IMG/VR virus record: IMGVR_UViG_3300043607_000045
Span: 7,161 to 71,160 of that record
Origin: a virus
Length of the DNA stretch: 64,000 nucleotides
Direction: 5' to 3' (one strand)
Shown here: positions 37,707 through 46,195 of the stretch, piece by piece
Layout: every line of letters begins with the position of its first letter
Position numbering within the stretch: the stretch's first letter is position 1
Notes under the pieces: model-generated
The model's database searches: none
What the model saw: the letters and a program-made list of their open reading frames with translations, nothing else
What the model was told of the DNA's origin: nothing
Position numbers and translations under genes: made by a program

Positions 37707-37988
37707 TTAGACTCCGCCTCTGGTTCTGTGTTCCGGTCGGCCAATCCCCGCGGCTCGCTTCGCTGCCTCCGGCGTCGGCCCCTCGCCGTACTTCACCGCC
37801 CAGTCATTCATCAGCTCGACGCGCCGGCTCGCCTCCCAGACGATCGCCCCTTTCGCCGTGCTGACTCGCTCATTGATCCGGTAGCTCGTACCGTGGTGAT
37901 CGAAGCCCAGGCCGTTAGGGTGCAGCCGCGCGCCCGGGATCCCTGTGGCAGCCGCTTTGATCAGCGATCGGAGTGTAGGAGTATCCAT
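37707..37988 (-). CDS. Hypothetical early protein
   Basis: GAGG SD. Confidence 0.6.
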   Translation of the reverse strand: MDTPTLRSLIKAAATGIPGARLHPNGLGFDHHGTSYRINERVSTAKGAIVWEASRRVELMNDWAVKYGEGPTPEAAKRAAGIGRPEHRTRGGV

Positions 37989-37991
37989 GGT

Positions 37992-38513
37992 TTACCTCAG
38001 CTCGCAGAAGTGATCGATCCGCTTCCCGCCGTACCGCTTCGCGTGATCTGAGTAGCGATGCGGCCCGGGGGTTGGATGTGTCGCGAGGTAGACGCAGCGG
38101 TAGAAGTAGAGCGGATCCTGATTCCAGCCCTTCCGGCTGTGGCGGATGTCATTGTCGGCGCACCAGTCGCGCGCGCGATCGACCAACCCCAGGGCCAGCG
38201 CTGGCGCCTCCGCGTAGGGGATCACATGGTAGCCGTCTGGGGCATCCTCGATCCAGCTGCCCGACTCCGAGTTAATGGTTGCGTGCAGGGCGACCCACCG
38301 ATCGGCGATCGTCGCGTAGTCGAAGCACCAAAAGTCCTCACCGCCGATCGCGAACTCCAGCGATCCGTACGGGCTCGTGAGGTCTCGATACTCGTCGCCC
38401 TTGCGCGGATCCCCGGGATCCTCCTGATTGAGTATATGACCCCACTGATCGACCGGCCAGCCCGTGATCGGATGCAGGTCGACCGCTCTCCGGTAGTGAT
38501 AGTCTTGACTCAT
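37992..38513 (-). CDS. Hypothetical early protein
   Basis: ATGA coupling; globular, aromatic-rich. Confidence 0.7.
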   Translation of the reverse strand: MSQDYHYRRAVDLHPITGWPVDQWGHILNQEDPGDPRKGDEYRDLTSPYGSLEFAIGGEDFWCFDYATIADRWVALHATINSESGSWIEDAPDGYHVIPYAEAPALALGLVDRARDWCADNDIRHSRKGWNQDPLYFYRCVYLATHPTPGPHRYSDHAKRYGGKRIDHFCELR

Positions 38514-38716
38514 CGCGGATCCCTCTCACAGCTGCAGGGCTTCAGGATCACCCGACGGTACGCCCGGATGCACTCCCCGCAGACCCGATACCGTAGCCCG
38601 TTAACCCAAAAGGTGATCGTCGTGGTCGGCTTCCAGTCTCGCCCGCAGTCCTGGCAGCGCCGGCCGATCCTGTACTGGCGCCGCTTGACGGTGGTGTGCT
38701 GCGAGGTCTCAGGCAT
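38510..38716 (-). CDS. Small zinc-finger protein
   Basis: CQDC...CGEC; TGATG coupling. Confidence 0.6.
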   Translation of the reverse strand: MPETSQHTTVKRRQYRIGRRCQDCGRDWKPTTTITFWVNGLRYRVCGECIRAYRRVILKPCSCERDPR

Positions 38717-39039
38717 CAGACGTACTCCGCCGCATGGCGTCGCGCGTGCAGCCGGGATCCGTCCTTCACAAAGTGAAAGGCATGTTTGCGCAGCCACTCC
38801 TGATCCGTGGTGGCGATCGCCCCTTTGCTAATGTGGTACTTGTGCCACTGCGCGCGCGTCCAGACGTGCGGCCCGTCGGGCAGCGCCTGCCCAGTCACGT
38901 ACGGCCAGCTGCGAATATTGGCGCAGTTCATACACGCGACCCCGTGCCGCCTCGCATTCTCGATCGTGTCTCGATGCACAAAGGCGGCGAGTACCTGCTC
39001 TCGCTGCCGGCTCGTGAGGTCGGATCCCTTGATCAGCAT
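38716..39039 (-). CDS. Hypothetical early protein
   Basis: GAGGAG SD; TAG-ATG junction. Confidence 0.7.
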   Translation of the reverse strand: MLIKGSDLTSRQREQVLAAFVHRDTIENARRHGVACMNCANIRSWPYVTGQALPDGPHVWTRAQWHKYHISKGAIATTDQEWLRKHAFHFVKDGSRLHARRHAAEYV

Positions 39040-39255
39040 CTAGTACTCCTCGCCCAGGACATCGATCGCGCGCGCCGCGGCCCCTCTGACGTCGTGCTTT
39101 TTGTGCATGTTCCAGAGTTTCGGCTCAATCGCTCCAGGCAGCCCGTGCTGACGGAGGATCTTCGCACCGGCCTTCAGATCCTTGGCGCAGCGCTCCAGGC
39201 ATTGCGCGGCCTCGATCATCCGATCGGCCGCATCCGCCGTTTCGCGTGGTGTCAT
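39040..39255 (-). CDS. Hypothetical early protein
   Basis: ATGA coupling. Confidence 0.65.
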   Translation of the reverse strand: MTPRETADAADRMIEAAQCLERCAKDLKAGAKILRQHGLPGAIEPKLWNMHKKHDVRGAAARAIDVLGEEY

Positions 39256-39572
39256 TCGGATCCCCCGATCGGCCCAATGCTGACCTTCTCCCAGAACCCT
39301 CCGCCGTACCAGGTGGGCAGCGCCGGATCGAACGTGTGATCCTTCCGCTGTACGTATTCGCTTTTCAGCTCGTGCAGATCCGGATCCGCCAGGCCGGCCC
39401 GCCTGAAGGCGATCGAACAGCTCTCCGCCCGATCACCGGTTACCCAGGCGCGCGATCGCTGGCCCGGGCGATCGATCCGCGTGAGGATCATGCACCGCCC
39501 CTCCCGGATCTTGTGTGGCCCGTCGGGGCAGTCGCTCCCATGGTGGGAGATCACCCGCCTACAATGCTTCAT
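39252..39572 (-). CDS. Hypothetical early protein
   Basis: ATGA coupling. Confidence 0.6.
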   Translation of the reverse strand: MKHCRRVISHHGSDCPDGPHKIREGRCMILTRIDRPGQRSRAWVTGDRAESCSIAFRRAGLADPDLHELKSEYVQRKDHTFDPALPTWYGGGFWEKVSIGPIGGSE

Positions 39573-39796
39573 AGCCGGATCCCCCGTGCGACCGTCCGCC
39601 GCTCGCTCTCCTGCCTGTTGGCCTGCTGCAGCGCGTACCGCCGGCCGGTCTCCTCGGGCGTACTCCCGTGGGCCGGATGCCAGGCCATCCGCGGGCAGGT
39701 ACTCCAGGTGCCCGCGCAGTACTGGCACTGGCATAACGGGCAGATCACGTACAGGTGCTTGTACCCGTGCGCCTTGCAACCCAGAACCTTGACCAT
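39569..39796 (-). CDS. Cys-rich small protein, probably leaderless
   Basis: CPLCQCQYC...CP; ATG 6 nt after the -10 box. Confidence 0.65.
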   Translation of the reverse strand: MVKVLGCKAHGYKHLYVICPLCQCQYCAGTWSTCPRMAWHPAHGSTPEETGRRYALQQANRQESERRTVARGIRL

Positions 39797-39802
39797 AGCG
39801 AG

Positions 39803-39831
39803 ATCCTAGCACAAGATCTGCACCATGTCAA
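39803..39831 (-). promoter_or_regulatory. Strong sigma70-type early promoter (leftward)
   Basis: TTGACA-17 nt-TAGGAT with TGn extended -10. Confidence 0.85.
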
Positions 39832-39860
39832 CCATGCAAAACACTCAGAGATCTAGGCCC

Positions 39861-39889
39861 TTGACATCCTGCCTAGCTTCTGCTACTCT
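39861..39889 (+). promoter_or_regulatory. Strong sigma70-type early promoter (rightward)
   Basis: TTGACA-17 nt-TACTCT with TGn extended -10. Confidence 0.85.
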
Positions 39890-39952
39890 TCTGCCCGTCC
39901 ACAGTCGGCCGCATTCCGCTGCCACGGTCGGACACTTCAGGGAGCTTCTACA

Positions 39953-41038
39953 ATGGAACTCTTCGCCGCTAACGCTCAATGGTCGACCCGCCCGAAGGAT
40001 CAGCGCTTTACCTCGCTCGACGATCTGCACTCCGCCTGCAAAGGCTACGCGGACACCGCCCGGGAGCGGAATCAGGTCCCGGTCGACTCCCTGCGGGTCG
40101 AAAACGTCGACGGTGACGTACAGTTGATGGGACGGGGCGGTGTCCCGGCGCGCTTGACCCATTGGAGCTTTGGCCAGCTCTCCGCCCGGATTGGCGCGCC
40201 GGCCTCCTACCTCCGGACCTTGCCCGCCACACTGGCGGCTCAGAACCTGAACCACGGTCTGGCAAAGCGCGCCGCGGACTCCGAAGGCGGAACGGTGAAC
40301 CTACTCTTTCACCAAAACGGCTCCCTCCTCCTCCGCGCATTGACCAGCGACAAGTACGCCCGGGTCTGGAACCATGAGATCACCGATCGCTTACTGGACC
40401 TGCAGGGCAAGGGCTGGGAGCCCGCCCGGGCGGACATCCGGATCAAGGCGGAGGACGATCTCCCCCTCTACGCCTCCGATCACGATATGTTCGCCTTTCT
40501 CCGCCACTCCGATCGCATGGTCAAAGAGGGGTCCTCGGGGCAGTCCCTGCACAAAGGGATCATCGTCAGCAACAGCGAAGTCGGGGCGTCGAAACTCCGC
40601 CTGCTCAAATTCCTGTACCGCGAAATGTGTGGGAATCACATCATCTGGGGAGCCGAAGACGTGATCGAGCTGTCGCTCCGCCATGTCGGTACCATCCGGG
40701 AACAGCTGCAGTCGTGGGGGGCGGAGATCACCAAGTACATGGACTCGTCGGTCAGTGACCAGGAAGCGCAGATCGAGTACGCCCGGACCAAAACGATCGC
40801 GGCGACCAAGGATCAGCTGTTGGACGTGCTCTTCGGGAAAAAGGCGATCGGTCTCTCGCGCAAGACCCTGCAGGCCGGCTACGATGCGACCCTCCCGGAC
40901 CAGGACGGGGACCCGCGTACCGTGTGGGGATTGGTCCAGGGACTGACTCGCTACAGCCAGACCATCCCGTACGCGGATGAGCGGACGATCGTCGACCGCG
41001 CCGCGGGCAAGGTGCTGGATCTGGCGAGCACGTTCTAG
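39953..41038 (+). CDS. DUF932/DUF945-like protein
   Basis: THWSFGQL, LRALTSDKY, NSEVG, R..CGN.I, RHVG, TVWGLVQGLT motifs. Confidence 0.8.
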   Translation: MELFAANAQWSTRPKDQRFTSLDDLHSACKGYADTARERNQVPVDSLRVENVDGDVQLMGRGGVPARLTHWSFGQLSARIGAPASYLRTLPATLAAQNLNHGLAKRAADSEGGTVNLLFHQNGSLLLRALTSDKYARVWNHEITDRLLDLQGKGWEPARADIRIKAEDDLPLYASDHDMFAFLRHSDRMVKEGSSGQSLHKGIIVSNSEVGASKLRLLKFLYREMCGNHIIWGAEDVIELSLRHVGTIREQLQSWGAEITKYMDSSVSDQEAQIEYARTKTIAATKDQLLDVLFGKKAIGLSRKTLQAGYDATLPDQDGDPRTVWGLVQGLTRYSQTIPYADERTIVDRAAGKVLDLASTF

Positions 41039-41062
41039 GCGCCTCCCGGGGTGTACACAGTT

Positions 41063-41097
41063 CAGGCCGGCTAGCCTTGCGAGGGTTAGCCGGCCTG
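41063..41097. terminator. Strong hairpin between convergent genes
   Basis: CAGGCCGGCTA...TAGCCGGCCTG stem extended by G-U pairs; no U-tract. Confidence 0.55.
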
Positions 41098-41183
41098 CTC
41101 GCTGTACCGCCCCTGCTGACCCGCCCCTTCTGCCTCCAGCCGGCGGCCTGCCGATCGTAGCAGGTCCGCCCGTCCCTCCGCCC

Positions 41184-41417
41184 CTAGTCCCTCGGGTCAA
41201 TACCTCCCCCGCGCCGATAGACCAGGTACTCCAGGTTCCGCCGATCGTCAGGTTCCATATCGAGCACGCAATCCGCGATCGCCTCCAGGTCCAGTGCAGC
41301 TAGGTCCGTCGCCAGTTGATCCGCCGTCCGCCGTTTGCCGGCGGCCTGCAGGTCGACCAGTCGCAAGCGCTTCTGTTCAAGTCTGGTGCTGAGATCACGA
41401 AACTGTGCATCGCTCAT
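41184..41417 (-). CDS. Hypothetical helical protein
   Basis: GAGG SD and TAGAAT box upstream. Confidence 0.55.
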   Translation of the reverse strand: MSDAQFRDLSTRLEQKRLRLVDLQAAGKRRTADQLATDLAALDLEAIADCVLDMEPDDRRNLEYLVYRRGGGIDPRD

Positions 41418-41687
41418 GTGCTAACCCTCTGATTCTAAAGACTTGCCGATATTGGCACACTGCACATACTGCCAATCTCATGCCTGCCTGCCTACCAGGG
41501 CGGACCAGGGACCAGGAGCAGGCCGGCTACCAGGGAGCAGGGCAGTAGAAGGGCGGACCAGGGCAGGCCGGGCCATTGTCCGCGGGGGCCACCGGGGGGG
41601 AGAGGCTCAGCTCGTGCTCGTGCTCGGCGATATTTTCGGTGGAAAATTTCGGGGATCCTGTGCTAGAGGGGAGTAGACTCCTGAGCA

Positions 41688-41806
41688 TGGTGTCCACCTG
41701 CACACGGATCGTCTGGGCCGGCCTCCTCCTCGCCGGGATCCTCCTCGGCACCGCCGCGATCACCGGGGTGATCCTCACCCGCACCCTCGGCGGCGTCTGG
41801 CCCTGA
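41688..41806 (+). CDS. Single-TM peptide, probably leaderless
   Basis: TAGACT 7 nt before ATG; IVWAGLLLAGILLGTAAITGVIL. Confidence 0.6.
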
Positions 41807-42189
41807 TGTCCAAACTGACGCGCTGGTTCAGCAGCCCGTTCCTCCTGCGCGCGATCGTCCGAGAACTTGGGGGGATCCGGGTGCAGCTGCAGCGGCAAGG
41901 GGATCTGCTGGAGCGCTTCGCCGCCCATGCTGGGATGGTGAGCCCCGCGGTGGTCGCCGAACATGCCGCACCCGAGGATCTCGCCGACTCCGGGGTCAGC
42001 TTCCTGGACGGGATCGAGCGCGGGATGGTTGAGGACTACGTCGCCAAGACGCAGAAGGACACCGGCCGCGTCCCGAGCGATGAAGAGGTGCTGAGCTACC
42101 TCGCCGACGAGCGGACGCAGGCGCTCCATGCGCGGTTGACCGAGCGCGCGGCCGCACTCGATCTCGACCGCCTCGGGAGGAAAGGGTGA
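41806..42189 (+). CDS. Hypothetical protein
   Basis: TGATG coupling; codon bias. Confidence 0.7.
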   Translation: MSKLTRWFSSPFLLRAIVRELGGIRVQLQRQGDLLERFAAHAGMVSPAVVAEHAAPEDLADSGVSFLDGIERGMVEDYVAKTQKDTGRVPSDEEVLSYLADERTQALHARLTERAAALDLDRLGRKG

Positions 42190-42458
42190 GCCAGGGGATG
42201 AAGCGGCGCGGCGGGGCGACGCTGCGACACCAGCACCGACTGGCATGGCTGGGCGCGCGGCCCGATCGGTGCACCGGCGTCCCCGGGATCCACTCCGACG
42301 TCTCTGATGAGGGTCGGACGCGACTGCGCGAGCTGCACCTCGACATGCTGCGGGCCCACCTGTTTGGCGCCGGACCCGGCGCGGAGCAGCGCGACACCAT
42401 CCGCCGGCTGATCTCCGAGCTGCGCGGCGAGACCTCGGCCACCGGGGGGAAGTGGTGA
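42186..42458 (+). CDS. Hypothetical protein
   Basis: GGAGG SD; GTGA coupling. Confidence 0.6.
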   Translation: MSQGMKRRGGATLRHQHRLAWLGARPDRCTGVPGIHSDVSDEGRTRLRELHLDMLRAHLFGAGPGAEQRDTIRRLISELRGETSATGGKW

Positions 42459-42730
42459 GCGGATCCGTCAAGGGCCGCGCACTGTTCCACGCCTCCGCTC
42501 GGGAGAAACACCAGCAGGTCGTCAGTCGCGAGGGGATCTGCGCCTGGTGTGGACTCACCGTGTTTGGGCTGCCCGCGGGGATCACCCGCTGCACACGCTG
42601 CGACTCCGACGAGATCGACTGGATCGCCCCGCCCGCCCCGCCCAAAGGGCACTACACCCGCGACGCCAGCTACTCCCCGGGGTCGATCGCGTATAGTGTC
42701 CTCGGAGGGACCGTCTTCGGACGGCGCTGA
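42452..42730 (+). CDS. Zinc-ribbon protein
   Basis: CAWC...CTRC. Confidence 0.6.
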   Translation: MVSGSVKGRALFHASAREKHQQVVSREGICAWCGLTVFGLPAGITRCTRCDSDEIDWIAPPAPPKGHYTRDASYSPGSIAYSVLGGTVFGRR

Positions 42731-42731
42731 T

Positions 42732-43508
42732 ATGCCCCGAGACCACGGTAAATCCGGGATCCGCTACGACCAGGCCCAAGGGGTGATGCCACGGCCCGGC
42801 CAGGGCGCGCGCCAGACGTCGATCCTCACCAAAGAGGAAGCCGCGGCGTCGGAGGCCGCACTCGATGCGCTGGTCCACGTCCTGGGCGGCAAGGTGCAGC
42901 TGCTCGACACCCTCGCCGTGGCGTGCGATGTGCCCGAGGTCGAGGCCCTACTGAAGCTATTCCTGGATCCCCACCACGAGAAGATCTCCCTGCGGATGCT
43001 GTGCTCGATGGCGGGGCTGACGGTGGTCGACCTCTTCAGCGCCTACAAGAAGGCGATGGTGGTCAAAGCGCAGCTGGTCGCCTACCAGGCGATCACCGAC
43101 GCGATCCTCCCCGTGGTGCAGGACGTGATGAAGCGCGCGGCGCCCTATACGATCCCCTGCTACGACTGCGCAGGATCCGGCAGCGTGAAGGATCCGGAGG
43201 CCAAAGAGGGCGACCCGGTCCAGGTGACCTGCCCGACCTGTGCGGGCCGGAAGGAACTGCTCCAGCTCCCGGATCTGGATCGCCAGAAGGTCGCGCTCGA
43301 ACTGGCGCAGCTGGTGCAGAAGGGCACCTTCGGGATCAACCTGCAGCAAAACAACATGACGGTCCCCCCACCGCTGCCGGATGCGACCGAGGGCACTGGG
43401 AACCTGATCTCGCTGCAGCACGCCGTCCGCGAACTCCTCAGCGGACCCCGGCACCCCTTGCCGACGGTCGACGCCGAGGTGATCCCCCAGCCCGAGGCCG
43501 CCTCATGA
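42732..43508 (+). CDS. Probable terminase small subunit with DnaJ-like Zn finger insert
   Basis: Helical body with HTH-like segment; CYDCAGSG...CPTCAG; C-terminal INLQQNN strand; upstream of TerL. Confidence 0.55.
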   Translation: MPRDHGKSGIRYDQAQGVMPRPGQGARQTSILTKEEAAASEAALDALVHVLGGKVQLLDTLAVACDVPEVEALLKLFLDPHHEKISLRMLCSMAGLTVVDLFSAYKKAMVVKAQLVAYQAITDAILPVVQDVMKRAAPYTIPCYDCAGSGSVKDPEAKEGDPVQVTCPTCAGRKELLQLPDLDRQKVALELAQLVQKGTFGINLQQNNMTVPPPLPDATEGTGNLISLQHAVRELLSGPRHPLPTVDAEVIPQPEAAS

Positions 43509-43921
43509 TCGATCCTGCTGTGGTTCCGGCGGTCGTTGCGCCGCTCTCCGCCTGGACGCCGGCGACCATCGGCGTGGCGCTGACGGGGCTGGCGGGCCTG
43601 GTGGGCGCGATTGGCACCGCCTCCGGATTGATCATCAAGGAGATCCGGGCCAAGGCGGCGATCGGTGCGGCCGCCGGCGATGAACGCGACCGAGCGTTGA
43701 ACCGGATCGAGCTGCTGGTCGACGGCCGCTATGGCAAGGTGCTGGAGGAACTCGCCGCGATGAAGAACCTCCTGGCCAATGCGACCGGCGACCCCCAGGA
43801 CCGCGCCCGGGCGACCCTGGCACAAGGCGACTCCGATGCCCAGGCGGAGCGGGTCACCTTGGTCAACGCCACCGCCCCGCCGCCCAGTGGCGCGATCCCG
43901 ACGAGGAAGAAGCAACCATGA
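43505..43921 (+). CDS. Single-TM membrane protein (holin-like)
   Basis: IGVALTGLAGLVGAIGTASGLII followed by a charged helix; ATGA coupling. Confidence 0.55.
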   Translation: MIDPAVVPAVVAPLSAWTPATIGVALTGLAGLVGAIGTASGLIIKEIRAKAAIGAAAGDERDRALNRIELLVDGRYGKVLEELAAMKNLLANATGDPQDRARATLAQGDSDAQAERVTLVNATAPPPSGAIPTRKKQP

Positions 43922-44532
43922 CCCCCATCCAGTACCCGATCACCGGCACCGCCAGCTATGACCCGGACACCCAGGAGGGCCTGGTGAGCTTTCGTCCCGA
44001 CACCACCCCGCCGCCCCCGGATCCCCCACCGCACGACGGGACCGACATGATCGACCTGAGCCAGGTGGTGATCACCCGCGACAGTCCGGATGTGCGGAGC
44101 TGGCCGATCGGGGCGAAGTTCCTCCGGATCGACCTGAGCCCCAGCGCCAACGCGGGGATCGAGTTCAGCAAACGCAATGGGCCCGAGGCGTGGCCCTTCG
44201 TGCGCGGGCCTGAAGGGGGCGAGATCCAGTACACCCTGTGGGTCGTCTGCAAGATTGGCGGGATCTGGTACACCTGCGGGAGCATCCTCTGCATCTCGCG
44301 GGCCCCGAATGACAACTATGTCCCCACCGGCCCGACCCTGGAGATCGGCCAGCTGCCCAATAACTGGTACTACTTCTGTGGGGATCCGCTGCAGGAGTAC
44401 CAGCCCCAACCCGGCGAGCAGGTCGGCTGGTTCCTCACCTCTGGCGTGCAGCGCCGCAACGATATCCACACGGTGGCGGAACGGACCCAGGTCGTGCTGG
44501 CGTCCTTCTCGCCCGGGAGTTACCCCTTCTAA
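43918..44532 (+). CDS. Hypothetical beta-rich, Trp/Tyr-rich protein
   Basis: Pro linker then globular domain; strong codon bias. Confidence 0.75.
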   Translation: MTPIQYPITGTASYDPDTQEGLVSFRPDTTPPPPDPPPHDGTDMIDLSQVVITRDSPDVRSWPIGAKFLRIDLSPSANAGIEFSKRNGPEAWPFVRGPEGGEIQYTLWVVCKIGGIWYTCGSILCISRAPNDNYVPTGPTLEIGQLPNNWYYFCGDPLQEYQPQPGEQVGWFLTSGVQRRNDIHTVAERTQVVLASFSPGSYPF

Positions 44533-45896
44533 TGGCCCGCTATCGACGCCGGCGATCGCCGCTGCTCCTCCTCCTGCTGCTCCTAACCTTGAGTGTCGGG
44601 GTCAAGAGCCAGGACATCTTCAAGGCCCGCACCCTCGCCCAGCAGATCCTCGACGCCCTGGAGCCGACGCCGGTCGTGGTGGTGATCCCCACCCCGGCGG
44701 CCTTCAACGTCGCCTACGCGGCCGCGCCGGCTGGGAGCACCCTCACGCTGAGCCGATCGCTCATCTACACCGACCCGCTGGTCCTCAACAAGGCGATCAC
44801 GCTCCAGCCCGAGGGCGCCCTCCCACTCACCCCGATCGACGCCGCGACGCCGCTCCCCTCCTTCAGAGATGGGATCACCATCAGCGGCGACGCGGTGACC
44901 CTGATCGGGGTCGAGGTCAAGAAAGTCGACCCCCAGACCGACATCGTGGTGGTGAGTGGCGCCGGGGTCACACTCGACCGGATCCGCGTGCTCGGGGATC
45001 CGGTGCGCGGCGCGAAACGCGGGATCCGAGCCAATAGCAACGGCAACCTCCGGATCCTGCGCTACTACATCGACTACACCTTCCAGATCCTCAATAGCGC
45101 GGACTCGCAGGCGATCTGCGGCTGGGACATGGGACCCGGGCTGCTGATCGAGGATGGCTACGCGAGTGGGGGATCCGAGTCGATCATGATCGGCGGGGCT
45201 GATGCCTCCTCGGCAGCCCGGATGCCGGCCGAGGTCACCATCCGCGGGAACCGGATCACCAAGCGGCCCGAGTGGCAGGCGGCCGCGGTCGGGGTCAAAA
45301 ATATCCTGGAGATCAAGGCCGGCCGCAATATCCTCATCGAAAACAACGACATCGAGTACTCCTGGGGCGGCCATGGCCAGGACGGCTACGCCTTCTTGAT
45401 CACCGTGCGCAACCAAGATGGGAGAGCCCCCTGGAGCACCGTGCAGAACGTCGTGTTCCGAGGGAATCGGATCACCCATGCCGCGGCCGCGATCAACATC
45501 CTCGGGCTGGACAACATCCGGGAAGACACCGCCGGCCGGCCGACCCCGGTGGGATCCGTCCGCCCCTCGATCCGCGCCTCGACCATCAGCATCACCGGGA
45601 ACACCGCCACCGACCTCGACCCGACCAAGTGGACCGGATCCAACCGGATGATCCTGATCGGCGGCTCGCCGATCGACGTGACGATCGACATGAACACCTT
45701 CGTCGGGCAGCACCTCGGGAGCGTGGTCTATCTCTATGGCAGCCTACCGACGTCGCAGATCCCCGGACTGATGATCACGAACAATACCTGGCCGCCGTCG
45801 ACGTACGGCGTGAAGGGCGACGGGCTCGCCAGCGGCGCCGCCACCTGGGCCGCCTACGTGCTGAGTGGCCGGCTCGAAGGGAATGTCGTACAGTAG
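44532..45896 (+). CDS. Right-handed beta-helix (pectate-lyase-like) protein with signal peptide
   Basis: MARYRRRRSPLLLLLLLLTLSVG signal; repeated xxIxxN strands (VTIRGN, ILIENN, VVFRGN, ISITGN, LMITNN). Confidence 0.85.
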   Translation: MARYRRRRSPLLLLLLLLTLSVGVKSQDIFKARTLAQQILDALEPTPVVVVIPTPAAFNVAYAAAPAGSTLTLSRSLIYTDPLVLNKAITLQPEGALPLTPIDAATPLPSFRDGITISGDAVTLIGVEVKKVDPQTDIVVVSGAGVTLDRIRVLGDPVRGAKRGIRANSNGNLRILRYYIDYTFQILNSADSQAICGWDMGPGLLIEDGYASGGSESIMIGGADASSAARMPAEVTIRGNRITKRPEWQAAAVGVKNILEIKAGRNILIENNDIEYSWGGHGQDGYAFLITVRNQDGRAPWSTVQNVVFRGNRITHAAAAINILGLDNIREDTAGRPTPVGSVRPSIRASTISITGNTATDLDPTKWTGSNRMILIGGSPIDVTIDMNTFVGQHLGSVVYLYGSLPTSQIPGLMITNNTWPPSTYGVKGDGLASGAATWAAYVLSGRLEGNVVQ

Positions 45897-46000
45897 GGCC
45901 GGCGGCGGGGCCTCGTACCAGCTCGCTGGGAACCACCCGAACGTCCCCGAACGGGTGTTGTGAGCAATAAGGCCCCGTCGCTAGGTTTAGGGAGGATCCG

Positions 46001-46195
46001 ATGCAGTACATCTGGCGCACCCTGATCGCCGCGGTGGTCTTCGCCGTCTTCGTCCTCCTGGTGATCCCGGCGCTCCTGTCGCTGATCAACATGCCGTCGA
46101 GCAGCGCCCTCGACGCCATCATCAAAGGGTGCTCGATTCTGATCGCCCTAGGCTACATCCTCTGGGGCAAGCCGGTCGTCCCCGGCCCGGCCTAG
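46001..46195 (+). CDS. Small two-TM membrane protein (holin candidate)
   Basis: GGAGG SD; two hydrophobic helices. Confidence 0.7.
   Translation: MQYIWRTLIAAVVFAVFVLLVIPALLSLINMPSSSALDAIIKGCSILIALGYILWGKPVVPGPA

Noticed and set aside
41451-41476. Sigma54 promoter at TTGGCAC
   Set aside because: GG to GC spacing does not match -24/-12 on either strand
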